Positions 19,001-27,973 of a stretch of DNA of 64,000 nt are shown in pieces (position 1 is the first letter of the stretch; each line of letters begins with the position of its first letter). This DNA is from a virus: the IMG/VR virus record IMGVR_UViG_3300024518_000034, positions 32,001-96,000 of that record. One strand, 5' to 3'. The translations under genes were made by a program, and so were the position numbers. The notes beneath the pieces are model-generated. The model was not told where the DNA came from and ran no database searches. It was given only the letters and a program-made list of their open reading frames with translations.

Positions 19001-19291
19001 AACACGGAACAGAGATTTTTAAGAGGAATAATGCCAAGAACTACTCCATCGTTTGGATCTTGGGGACATGCTTTAGTATATCCATATGATATAATAAAAC
19101 TAGATGAAAGTGAGGCTGGAGAGACTGGAATTGATCAGACGAGTGTAATCGTGCAGTCAGTAACAAAAACTTTTGACGCAGAACGAAAATCATTTGGAAT
19201 GGAATTGGCTTGTGAATATGTTGATTTCACAAAATTTGAGTGGAGTCCTCACGAGAATCAAGCGGGACCAGTACACTGGATACAAAGATAG
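16100..19291 (+). CDS. baseplate hub/tail protein (1063 aa)
   Basis: Position in the tail module; C-terminal ALVYPYDIIKL...IVQSVTKTFD...MELAC resembles a hub beta-barrel end. Confidence 0.5.
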   Translation: MTDKLLRKIPAVDVKLDDSMCVPIHHSYNSKDFMPRVFGREQTLTTHSSEYQKGVDNYDSPSSKKNSERPAPKYLIQGVEEITTPIAITGTGSSKVKKRTGSVSSFSTTGGKSSALPSLILLHNAMILRPKRFKMRNAMTVGGVVLSGGSKTAAFDAGIAGVPLQGSYTTDTLADNKSIYEYIVAGFEDKTSKTSGTEIFIEQNKRNRTESWIVKNKLPGKPGSVKGADLMRDLTSVFKLRKNQPFFIKCRLHRMPEKFRAFARSSPEWKKNTQYSAFLPDDGGEYTSLLLEFGTKEGGAAGSTLQDGSDSFKLVIKGGGSTSLALFKWAAADGWKQYGQVMSLPMESGKKESHESDISNLTIYPMGRFLIVSSGLPSTENTMKQRYVVWEFDRLISIPEGKLKVGFYGGKAEFSFNPIIHVKEGKLISPPVGIGFDPEFFFMKVDYEGKFRSDYVGEKNSTSKIKLPIPTPEDIAGAAQSKDKKKGDSGSAKTKKTPYFQYLKDFVFLEKQFLTEKGGADADEKKFFKNNQNKSKKNQIKYVLTLKSHDTEVRRIYSPIVYKVEMHCLPRVAVVKLSPNPQIDNADVKLIEISQGVQEISASVTLWNRFDCEKSRKEKSGPYTFGLQKPKGNFTGVKPITIRGGISSGNRKPGAGNAPPGLGNVDLGEIPDKSQPIQMRGFISQRNYSRPSSAESYCELTIEDVSKQAKEQFAVNLPIYDGWCNLAVIYSLAKEAGYKDDQILFYQDPRNENDKITIKEMMEAAGTDVDGRKNGCFAGHVPKFPQNIGPAQRVSSLPPSTVHALMPLNAYREQPAYMFQMGRSLWECMQEIREFTGFFMFPNIFGNIVYAPAEVALGVKSKKTPKAQWNYYEISGGSPGGATDYSQYQGALSVPFGTDHVRNAVMTFALIPASTKPKFPMVDYAPVVIIKKQPKWPFNTSDPSYVPWLKWLIVRSPHWNDLGRAKANTEQRFLRGIMPRTTPSFGSWGHALVYPYDIIKLDESEAGETGIDQTSVIVQSVTKTFDAERKSFGMELACEYVDFTKFEWSPHENQAGPVHWIQR

Positions 19292-19307
19292 AAATTGGAG
19301 AAAAACA

Positions 19308-19523
19308 ATGTTTGAAAATACAAGTGCTAGCGAGCCATATTTTGCACAAATTAGAAAACTTATTTCTAAAATTATAACTGGATCTGACAAAAGTAGATTC
19401 GCTACTACGCAGGAAAGAAATGGAGCGTGGATGGTGCCAGGCGCAGTTATGGAAAACGTTATTGTAAATGGTAGCGAAGGAGGAACCTCTTTTCAAGAGG
19501 GCGCTGGCCAAGCAGGGCCATAA
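19308..19523 (+). CDS. small structural-module protein
   Basis: GGAG upstream of ATG19308; MFENTSASEPYF... Confidence 0.5.
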   Translation: MFENTSASEPYFAQIRKLISKIITGSDKSRFATTQERNGAWMVPGAVMENVIVNGSEGGTSFQEGAGQAGP

Positions 19524-19537
19524 AAGTAAGGTTATAA

Positions 19538-21154
19538 ATGGGATACGCAAATAGAACAGACTTTTACAAAATAGAATCAATTGGCGCTGGACAATTTGTT
19601 TCTGAATCTTCTGAAGAAAGATCAGCACAAATAATCGAACAGCAATTGATGGGAGCTATTTCTGCACACTCAGGAGGACATGGAGTGTTTAAATCTGGAG
19701 TGCTTTCAGCAATTGGAGATGCTACAGGATTCATTGTTTCACTTAATCCAGATGGTGGCACACCAGCCGCTGAAGGTTTTATAAACCTATTATATTTCAG
19801 AATAACTGAAACTATAAGTTGGGCATTATTTGGAGACGGAACTCACAAATTATATCTAAAAGTGATAGAGAGTGATGAAGGTTCTACTAGACAATTTGGA
19901 GATGTAATTGTTGATAGTATATTAAATGGAGATGTGCCAGAAAACGGATTGTTAATTGCAGAAGCAACTGTGGCTGGAAATACGATTACTGTAGATGACC
20001 AGCCGATAACTAGGTTAAATATATCTACAATAGATCAACACTTGGCTGATAGTGTCAATCCTCACACAACTCTTCTAAATCAAGACCAGATGATTATTTC
20101 TGGATTAACAGTTGAACAGATAAAGACTCAAACTCTAGAGGTGATAGGAGAGCTTAGATTGTCAGGAACGGCAATATTTCAAGACGATGTTATCTTAGAG
20201 CAAGATTTAACAGTTGGGGGAAACGTAGTAGTAAGTGGAAATGCAATATTTAATGATGGCGCGAGATTTACAGGGTTAGCAATTTTTGATGAGATTGTTG
20301 CGGCAACAGTCGATATTACTAGCGGATTGGATCTAAGAAGTAGAATTAGATTTTTCGAAGATGTGGAAGTTGATTCTGGAATAACTATTGATGGTCGAGA
20401 TGTAGGACAAGATGGCTTAGTGCTAGACGATCATGTATCTGGATTGGCTGCATTTAGTAATCCGCACGCAGTAACGGCAGAACAGGTTGGCGGAATTCCG
20501 ATAATGGGAAGTGCTGGAGGAGGTCCAGCGCTGGAAGGAAGTTTAGGACTTTTGTCTGGAATATCGATTGACGGAATTGACCCGTCCACATTGACGCCTT
20601 TAATTGATGGGTCAAATGTAGACAGCTTGCACTCTCACAATATGTCGGGAATACCAAGTAAATTTATAGCGTTATCACCAGAATATGCAAACTCTGTGCT
20701 TTCAGGATTTGGGTCAGCCACAGTGACTGCAGGATATATAGAGGCGTTTGATAAATCAATCTATGTGGTTGATGCAACGGCAGCAGGCCAACAAGTGTTT
20801 GCGGTGGTAGCAAGAATTGGAGTACCAGCAGATTTTAGAAGTTGGCCCCTTTCTGGAATATCTTTAGTTAGTTCAGTGGAATCACCAGCAACTGCGGGAA
20901 ATTTTGTAAGCTTAAGAATTAGAGATACTGCGGGTGTAAATTTTGACACTTTGACAAATTCACAACAGATACAAAATCCCTTGCCACCAGTGGCTACATC
21001 AATTAACACAAGTACGTTAAATTCAGGAACATTTACTCCAGGTGAGGTGTTCACGGCGATTGTAGAATTGTCATCGGTGAGTGGAACTACAGTTGCAAAT
21101 GCTGCTGTCGGGGATTTGGTTTTTACATATAATACAATTTTTGGTGGCGCATAA
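19538..21154 (+). CDS. tail fibre/baseplate protein, paralog A
   Basis: Beta-rich; H...NPH motifs; shares blocks with 21158..22852. Confidence 0.6.
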   Translation: MGYANRTDFYKIESIGAGQFVSESSEERSAQIIEQQLMGAISAHSGGHGVFKSGVLSAIGDATGFIVSLNPDGGTPAAEGFINLLYFRITETISWALFGDGTHKLYLKVIESDEGSTRQFGDVIVDSILNGDVPENGLLIAEATVAGNTITVDDQPITRLNISTIDQHLADSVNPHTTLLNQDQMIISGLTVEQIKTQTLEVIGELRLSGTAIFQDDVILEQDLTVGGNVVVSGNAIFNDGARFTGLAIFDEIVAATVDITSGLDLRSRIRFFEDVEVDSGITIDGRDVGQDGLVLDDHVSGLAAFSNPHAVTAEQVGGIPIMGSAGGGPALEGSLGLLSGISIDGIDPSTLTPLIDGSNVDSLHSHNMSGIPSKFIALSPEYANSVLSGFGSATVTAGYIEAFDKSIYVVDATAAGQQVFAVVARIGVPADFRSWPLSGISLVSSVESPATAGNFVSLRIRDTAGVNFDTLTNSQQIQNPLPPVATSINTSTLNSGTFTPGEVFTAIVELSSVSGTTVANAAVGDLVFTYNTIFGGA

Positions 21155-21157
21155 TAA

Positions 21158-22852
21158 ATGGCAACAAGTGGAACACCTATAATATCTCACACTAAAAGAC
21201 CAGTACCACAGTGTACTAGTTATTTAGCAAAGACGGCTAAGTATGACTTGCCTATATTGAGTGGGCTAGGAGTAGAAAATGGCCCAGCCGGTTTGTCAGA
21301 AATATGTGAAAGAAGATTTGCTGACATAGTTGATAACCAACTTAGGGGGGCTATTGGTACGCACGGTGAGGGAATTTATGAAATAGGAGAATTCTCAACA
21401 GATGATTCTGTCGAAGAAGTAAGACTTTCTGAATTTAGAGGCTTTGTTGGTCGAGTATTTGTAGAAAATCTGGCCGAAGTGGATGTTGTTTGGACGGATC
21501 TAGATTTAACAAAAGATCAATATTTGTTTATAGGTTTAGTAGAAACAGGAGATAGTGGAAGAGATGACTACCTGTCTAGCAGGCAATTTGGTGAATTTGT
21601 AACTAGAGTTGGAGACACTTCTGTAGTAGGACAAGACGAAGTTATATTGGGAAAGAGATCGTCAGGAGTGGGAGCGACAGTTGATGTAAATGTTCCAAAT
21701 AAGGTAGAGTTTAAGACAGTTCAAACTCACATTTATGATGATAGCCCACATGGAGGATTGTGGACTCAAACAGACGCTGTAGTAAGTGGAATTGAAGTTA
21801 GAGAAGAATTAGATATAATAGATATAGGGACTGTAATTATATCTGGAGTGTTTGACAATGTAGATAGACCGCCTGGAACATTTATTACTAATGACGATGT
21901 GATAGTGGAAAATGACTTAACGGCAGAAAAGATTTTGATGGACTCTGATGCCATTTTTGAAAGTTTATCTCAATTTGAAGAGAGATTTTTCATAGAAGAA
22001 AACATCATAGTAGAAAGTGGAGTCAATGTATTTAGTATAACTAGAGTACATGATCATTGGGAGTTTAATGATCAAAGGTCTATGTCTGGTGTAGGAATCA
22101 GATCTATTAGCGGAGATGCTTTTGGGGTGTTAAGAGGTAATGGAGAGGAATATAAAGTTTTTGATCCTAGCGACTATGGGTCAAACCTTGACGACCACTT
22201 GAGTGCTATAAATCCACATAGGTTAACAGCTAGTGGTGTAGCACCATTTGCAGTTAGTCCAAATGTGTTGTCTATTTTTGGTGATACTTTACAAGGAAAT
22301 TTAGAAGTTGATTCGGGAATATCAATTGATGGAATTGATTTTTCAACCTTAAAACCATTAATCAATGGTTCGAATGCAGACGACCTTCATAAACACTTAT
22401 TATTGAGAGATTTTGAATATCAATTCTTGTCTCCAGAATATCCAAACTCAACTACATCAGGCGTTCAGCCAGGTTGGTTGGAAGCAACTTATGATGCAGT
22501 AAACAATAAAACGCAGCAATCGTGGTTTGCTTTGCAAGACTTGGCTAAATCTAAAATCATTATTAGGCCATACGTGCCAATGGGGCATGTAGAGATAAGT
22601 AATGTAACCGCTTATAGTAGAGTGTCTAGTGGTGCAAGTGATACAAATGTAAACATTAAGGTTTATGACACGGACGGTGATAAAGTGGGAGAAGCACATC
22701 ACGTTAGAAACTTTGTACTAGATAAGACAGTAATTAGCGGAATACAGGGGACTTTTGCAGAAAAGGAACCATATAGAATTGAAGTGGAAATGTTAAGCGA
22801 GTTAGGCATTGGCGCACACGTATCTGATATAATAGTAACATGGAGAACATAA
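21158..22852 (+). CDS. tail fibre/baseplate protein, paralog B
   Basis: SGISIDGIDFSTLKPLINGSNADDLHKH versus SGISIDGIDPSTLTPLIDGSNVDSLHSH in paralog A. Confidence 0.6.
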   Translation: MATSGTPIISHTKRPVPQCTSYLAKTAKYDLPILSGLGVENGPAGLSEICERRFADIVDNQLRGAIGTHGEGIYEIGEFSTDDSVEEVRLSEFRGFVGRVFVENLAEVDVVWTDLDLTKDQYLFIGLVETGDSGRDDYLSSRQFGEFVTRVGDTSVVGQDEVILGKRSSGVGATVDVNVPNKVEFKTVQTHIYDDSPHGGLWTQTDAVVSGIEVREELDIIDIGTVIISGVFDNVDRPPGTFITNDDVIVENDLTAEKILMDSDAIFESLSQFEERFFIEENIIVESGVNVFSITRVHDHWEFNDQRSMSGVGIRSISGDAFGVLRGNGEEYKVFDPSDYGSNLDDHLSAINPHRLTASGVAPFAVSPNVLSIFGDTLQGNLEVDSGISIDGIDFSTLKPLINGSNADDLHKHLLLRDFEYQFLSPEYPNSTTSGVQPGWLEATYDAVNNKTQQSWFALQDLAKSKIIIRPYVPMGHVEISNVTAYSRVSSGASDTNVNIKVYDTDGDKVGEAHHVRNFVLDKTVISGIQGTFAEKEPYRIEVEMLSELGIGAHVSDIIVTWRT

Positions 22853-23938
22853 ATGGCATCATCATTTAGTAACGCTATAAATTTTGAACACGTTGGAGAA
22901 GATTTCAAAAAACAAAATTTGGGTTGTAGTGAAGTAGAATTTAACGATTCGAACAATGCGATATTGGGATTTTTAAAAGACTTAAATGGGTTAATTATTA
23001 ATAATAGATTTCCGTTAGAAGGATCTATCGAAAGCGTTCCGCTATTTATAAATTCACTTTCTTTTCCTACACAGTTGCCAGACTCATTTGTAGAGAGCGT
23101 TTTGGATGCGGGAACAAATGTCGCTATAGAATTCAGAACGGCTGAACAAGAAGACATGAGTGACGCCACAGAGTGGAAGTCTACTTCGGTGGATGGAGCG
23201 ATCAGCAATACAGAAAGTTTTGCATTTGGAGATTACACAGGACCAACTTCATCAGAGTCAAGTTCCTTAATCGTTACTACCATACAAGAAGGAGGATCGA
23301 CTATTGGAATTAATATGGTTGGAACAATACCAAATGTATCTGAGGAGTTTGTATATTTTGTATCTGAAGAAATAGTGTCTTCGTCGCTGACAACGCAAGC
23401 GAAATATTTATCGTTCGAAGTAGAATCTGATAGGGCTGGAATGTTCTTAGAACTACACGTAATGCATGGGTTGGCGTACCCAATTGAAGAGCCGTTTAAC
23501 GCAGCTTTGCCGCCATTTAAATTAGTGACAAAGATATGTAAGATAGGTACGCCGCAAACAATTTACTGGGATATAACTGATTGGCCTGAGGGGCAAAGAA
23601 ATTGGGATTACATTAGAACTTTGGCGTTTAAAGTAAGTGAGGCGAGTGAGGGTTTCAATTTGTCAATAAAGAATATTAGACTTTTTGAAATAAATGATTC
23701 GGCGGTGCCAGCACCAGGACCAGCAGTTCCTCCGATGGAGCTTTCAAGGTTCGTTCAATACAGGGTGGTTTTTTCAACCACGACAGCAGGAATTACACCA
23801 GAAGTTAAAAAGGTTAAGTTTGATTTCACACACAGAGAGGCTATGTTGCCGTCAGACATGATGAGACATCAAAAGTTTTTTGGACCGGGTGGACTAGAGT
23901 ATCCGGCAAGGAATGGTCTGGATATAGTTTTCCCTTGA
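22853..23938 (+). CDS. structural protein with galactose-binding/CBM-like beta sandwich
   Basis: KYLSFEVESD...IYWDITDW...IRTLAFKV...LSIKNIRL pattern; last gene of the tail module. Confidence 0.45.
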   Translation: MASSFSNAINFEHVGEDFKKQNLGCSEVEFNDSNNAILGFLKDLNGLIINNRFPLEGSIESVPLFINSLSFPTQLPDSFVESVLDAGTNVAIEFRTAEQEDMSDATEWKSTSVDGAISNTESFAFGDYTGPTSSESSSLIVTTIQEGGSTIGINMVGTIPNVSEEFVYFVSEEIVSSSLTTQAKYLSFEVESDRAGMFLELHVMHGLAYPIEEPFNAALPPFKLVTKICKIGTPQTIYWDITDWPEGQRNWDYIRTLAFKVSEASEGFNLSIKNIRLFEINDSAVPAPGPAVPPMELSRFVQYRVVFSTTTAGITPEVKKVKFDFTHREAMLPSDMMRHQKFFGPGGLEYPARNGLDIVFP

Positions 23939-23962
23939 TTTTAAGGAAATATGAAGTATAAT
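23935..23962 (+). promoter_or_regulatory. sigma70-like promoter for the replication module
   Basis: TTGATT(23935)-16 nt-TATAAT(23957), then AAGGAG before ATG23983. Confidence 0.6.
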
Positions 23963-23982
23963 AGAAAATAAGGAGAAGGACA

Positions 23983-24570
23983 ATGGATTATTTAAATATT
24001 TGGCTATACACATGTGCTACTTTAGTGACGCTCGCAGCAACATGGAAGACGATTAGATTTTTGGGTTGGAAGAAAAAGCTAATGTTCTATACAGTGAGAG
24101 AAATGGCAAAGGGGAAGGGAGCCATACAGGGAACGTTGATGTGGCCAGCACTTATTGTAGACACTGTTTTGATGCCAGTATATGCTTTTGCTGCACTGTT
24201 GCAGGGAACTATAGATAAGCAGTTAGAGTTGGTAGATTTGAAAGCCATAGAAACAGGAAAAGCCTATTGGAATGACAAGGCGTTTACTTGGTTACAAGAG
24301 GATTTCAATAAGACCAAAAATGATCTTAGAGATTTAATCGACGTGTGGGTTTCAGACGAAAGCGTGATTGATCTTGAAGCTAAAGTTAAAGAGTTGCAAG
24401 AGGAGATAACTAGGTTGGAGAAAAATTTTGAGGATAGAATAAATTATCCAACAAAAATAAATTACCCAAAAAATATGGGTTTGGCGAAAAAAGAAATAGA
24501 CGAGATGTATGGTTTTCATGAGGAATGTCGTCGCAATAGCATTAGACAACTCACCTTGCCATACTGCTAA
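23983..24570 (+). CDS. hypothetical membrane-anchored coiled-coil protein
   Basis: N-terminal hydrophobic segments and a C-terminal coiled coil; strong RBS. Confidence 0.65.
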   Translation: MDYLNIWLYTCATLVTLAATWKTIRFLGWKKKLMFYTVREMAKGKGAIQGTLMWPALIVDTVLMPVYAFAALLQGTIDKQLELVDLKAIETGKAYWNDKAFTWLQEDFNKTKNDLRDLIDVWVSDESVIDLEAKVKELQEEITRLEKNFEDRINYPTKINYPKNMGLAKKEIDEMYGFHEECRRNSIRQLTLPYC

Positions 24571-24579
24571 AAAAAATAA

Positions 24580-26259
24580 ATGATCTGCGCGGACATACAT
24601 AAGCAGGAAAGCAGAATAGTAGTTTGGACAGACGAAAGTAAAGAGTCGATAGCACTGAGAAGAGTTATCGACTCTTTGCCTTACTATTTAGAGTTTGATA
24701 ACAAATACATAATTTCTATCTACGATTTTTGTTTATTGAAAAATGGACTGGACAAAGAAAATTTAAAAAGTAGAAGAATGAGTGGACCACTAAGAGATAA
24801 AATTTCTTTATTGAATAGTGAGGGAGAAGAGTTACCAGACTTGAACCTAAAAAGACCATTGCTTCCTTTTCACGAAGGCGGGGTTAAATTCTTAGCTTCA
24901 AGAAATTCCTTACTCGCTGATCAAATGGGGTTGGGAAAGACAGGACAAGCTTTAGCGGCAGCAAGCCTTTTGATAAAACAAGGTAAGGCGAATCATGCAA
25001 TATTTTTGGTAACTAAGAGTGGGATGGAACATTGGTGTGATCAAATAAAGACTATGTTCCACGATGAAGATATTGACTACGTTGTAGTTAGAGGAAAAGC
25101 TAATAAAAGATTACCCTTGTACAAAGAAGATCACAAGTTTTATTTGGTGTCTTTGGATACATTTAAGAAAGACATAGAAAAGTTATTTCCGAATAGAAAT
25201 AAGAAGTTAAGAGAGATGTGGTCTAAGTCTATAGTGGTGGTGGACGAGATTCATCGAATTAAGCATTCCAGAACCATAAGCGCCAAGGCTTGCTATAAAA
25301 TAGGAAGGTATGCTGCTTACAGGTGGGGCATGACGGGGACACCGTTAGATGGAAGAGTCGAGAATCTGTATGGAGTGATGAACTTTATAGATAGAGATTT
25401 TTTTGTAAACAAAGGTCATTGTTTAAGTTACCACACTATTACTGATTTCTGGGGTGGAATTACTGAATACAGAAATATGGAGAGCTTGAGGGAAAAACTC
25501 AAAACAGTAATGATACGCAGACTGAAAAAGGACGTTTGGAAAGAATTACCAGATAAAGCCTATTTAGATCATTACATAGATTTAAGCACCGAAGAAAAAA
25601 AATTATATAAGCAAATCAAGAGACAGCAACTAGATATGGTGTCTCCAGAAATAAATGAAAAAATCAATATTTGCTTGCCAATTGGGCTGCTATCGTATGG
25701 GCAGATGTGTGTCAACACACCTACCTTAATAGATCGTAAATGGACAAAACCATCGACAAAAATGAAAGAACTGTATGAATTGTTAGAAGAATTAACAGTT
25801 ATTTCCAAAGTGGTAGTTTTTACTAAATTCGCTAAGATGTGTCACATCTTACATCAGTGGTTGCCCTGGAAGAGCGTAGTGTTCACAGGAGAGCTAACTA
25901 CCAAGGAGAGAAGAAAAAGGCAGGTGGACTTCTTGACAAACGAAGAGATTCGTGTTTTCATAATGGATACAGCAGGAGCGCAAGCTATCGATTTACATGG
26001 AATTGAAATCGATGGAGTTTGGCACCAAGGTGCAGAGTATTTAATTAGATATGACAACCTTTGGAATCCAGCTATGAATGAACAAGTTGAAGACCGCATC
26101 CACAGAGTTGGACAAAAAGAGAAGGTGACAATTATTGACTTAATTGCACGAGACACGATAGAAGAGAAGATTAAAAGTTTATTGGTAGCCAAGAAGGAAA
26201 TAACGAAGAGGATAATAGATAAAAATCTAACAGAAAAAGAATGTATGATACTCATGTAA
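24580..26259 (+). CDS. SNF2-family (SF2) helicase/ATPase
   Basis: LADQMGLGKT, VVVDEIHRIK, MTGTP, WNPAMNEQVEDRIHRVGQ. Confidence 0.92.
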   Translation: MICADIHKQESRIVVWTDESKESIALRRVIDSLPYYLEFDNKYIISIYDFCLLKNGLDKENLKSRRMSGPLRDKISLLNSEGEELPDLNLKRPLLPFHEGGVKFLASRNSLLADQMGLGKTGQALAAASLLIKQGKANHAIFLVTKSGMEHWCDQIKTMFHDEDIDYVVVRGKANKRLPLYKEDHKFYLVSLDTFKKDIEKLFPNRNKKLREMWSKSIVVVDEIHRIKHSRTISAKACYKIGRYAAYRWGMTGTPLDGRVENLYGVMNFIDRDFFVNKGHCLSYHTITDFWGGITEYRNMESLREKLKTVMIRRLKKDVWKELPDKAYLDHYIDLSTEEKKLYKQIKRQQLDMVSPEINEKINICLPIGLLSYGQMCVNTPTLIDRKWTKPSTKMKELYELLEELTVISKVVVFTKFAKMCHILHQWLPWKSVVFTGELTTKERRKRQVDFLTNEEIRVFIMDTAGAQAIDLHGIEIDGVWHQGAEYLIRYDNLWNPAMNEQVEDRIHRVGQKEKVTIIDLIARDTIEEKIKSLLVAKKEITKRIIDKNLTEKECMILM

Positions 26260-27179
26260 ACCAAACAAAATTTGATATTTATCTATTAGGCTCATACGGG
26301 TATGCTATCAGAGACATAATTAAAAAACTAAACATAGCTCTAAACGAGAAAGCAAAGGAAGCGTTACGAAATCAAGTGAGGCTTCCTAAAATTTTTTATG
26401 AGCAGGGTTGGAAAAGATTTTTAATCTATAGGGAAGTAGAAAAGAAAACAAAAGATATTCATGTGCTATTGGAAATGTTGATTGAGGGGTTTGATAATGG
26501 CAGTTGGATAAAGGAAGAGTTGGCCGCATACGATTGGCAATTCATTTTTGAGTTTTGTGACTACGGCGAAACCATAGAAATAGGGAATGTAGGAGTTGAC
26601 ACCATACATATAGCAATTGCTGGCTCTAGGCCTTTTATTGTTTTAAATGGTGAGTACATCATGACTTCCAAGGATAGGGTGAAAAAAGCCAAACCAAGTC
26701 TTTCACTTAGGACCATTTTCGAGTATAGTTTAGAGATGGGTACGAGAGAAATAGTCAAGACTGAGAAGAACCGAGAGATCATTTTGAAGCCGGTGGTGAG
26801 ATATCAGGACAAGTATATAGATGATTGGAGGTTGGATGATTTTGCAAACTACATATATGACAGTGTTACTGTGAGATTTGGTCCGACATATATTTCCATT
26901 ACGGAACTTAAAAAGAGAAGCATAGTGAAGAACGGTGTCCAAGGGTTGGGTAGAATGATGAAGATAAGCGACCTAAAGGAACAGAAGGAAAGATATAAAG
27001 AATTTATAGACTGGCTGTTAGAGAAGTTTATTTATAGTAAAACTGTTACGGTAGGCAACTTTGTTTCAAAGGCCACCTTTAGAAATTTCATTATGGACAG
27101 AGAAAGTAAAAAACAGTCAGGTACAGTTTTGGGTAACGAGGGAGCAGATTATAGTAAGGATGTTGAGGTGTCGTTCTAA
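26241..27179 (+). CDS. hypothetical protein, possible replication initiator
   Basis: 312 aa gene directly upstream of a DnaC-like loader; positional inference only. Confidence 0.35.
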   Translation: MYDTHVNQTKFDIYLLGSYGYAIRDIIKKLNIALNEKAKEALRNQVRLPKIFYEQGWKRFLIYREVEKKTKDIHVLLEMLIEGFDNGSWIKEELAAYDWQFIFEFCDYGETIEIGNVGVDTIHIAIAGSRPFIVLNGEYIMTSKDRVKKAKPSLSLRTIFEYSLEMGTREIVKTEKNREIILKPVVRYQDKYIDDWRLDDFANYIYDSVTVRFGPTYISITELKKRSIVKNGVQGLGRMMKISDLKEQKERYKEFIDWLLEKFIYSKTVTVGNFVSKATFRNFIMDRESKKQSGTVLGNEGADYSKDVEVSF

Positions 27180-27973
27180 TGTTGACAAACGAGGAGAGAG
27201 TGAAGGCCATAAATGCTTTAAAAGAGAGAATGACAAGGGAATGTAAATGTCCTAAGGCTGATGGATACAGGCAACAATTGCCATGCAAGTGTGATTCATC
27301 TTTTAGAAATAAATCAATAGCCATTGCAGCAGGCGTTCCAAGTGAGTATGTAGAGTACACCTTGAAGTCTTATCCGGGTAGTGAAGAGTTAAAGAAAGAT
27401 CCAAGAGTTAAGCAGGTTAAAACTTGGATGAACAAATATTTGAAGAATATGGATAAGAACCTAGATCATAATGTAGGACTAATGATAGTTGGTCCATATG
27501 GGGCAGGGAAGACGGCGCTTTTGTCTTTGTGTTTGAGAAAAGCTTTGAACATAGTATTCCCTTCTGGAGGAATCTATAGTACGGCATCAGACATGATACT
27601 CGCCGCAGGAGCGGGTAGATATGATAAGAGAGAAGTAGTGTACAGTTTGAATGATTTTAGAAGTAAACAGGTCGCTTTTATAGATGATTTAGGTAAAGAA
27701 TTTATAATAGGATCCACGGGGATAATTACTGATAGATCAAAGTTTGGCATGATCTTGGATGATATTTTGAGGGTCAGAGCGGCTAAGGGACTGATCACAT
27801 TCATGTCCACAAACTATTCAGTAGAACAGATAGGGGAAGAGTACGGTAAGTCGTGTTTAGAAGCCGTCAAGCAGTGCATGAAGGTAATAGCATTTAAGAA
27901 AGACTACCCGAACCTTAGGGACGTTTCATTTAATAGTGCGGAGGCTAGAGCGAGGAGAATTTACGGGGAATGA
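27179..27973 (+). CDS. DnaC/IstB-like AAA+ helicase loader
   Basis: N-terminal CxC...CxC; GPYGAGKT Walker A; FIDDLGKE Walker B; STNY. Confidence 0.85.
   Translation: MLTNEERVKAINALKERMTRECKCPKADGYRQQLPCKCDSSFRNKSIAIAAGVPSEYVEYTLKSYPGSEELKKDPRVKQVKTWMNKYLKNMDKNLDHNVGLMIVGPYGAGKTALLSLCLRKALNIVFPSGGIYSTASDMILAAGAGRYDKREVVYSLNDFRSKQVAFIDDLGKEFIIGSTGIITDRSKFGMILDDILRVRAAKGLITFMSTNYSVEQIGEEYGKSCLEAVKQCMKVIAFKKDYPNLRDVSFNSAEARARRIYGE

Noticed and set aside
26241-27179. Iteron-containing origin inside the putative initiator gene
   Set aside because: No repeated iterons were visible by eye
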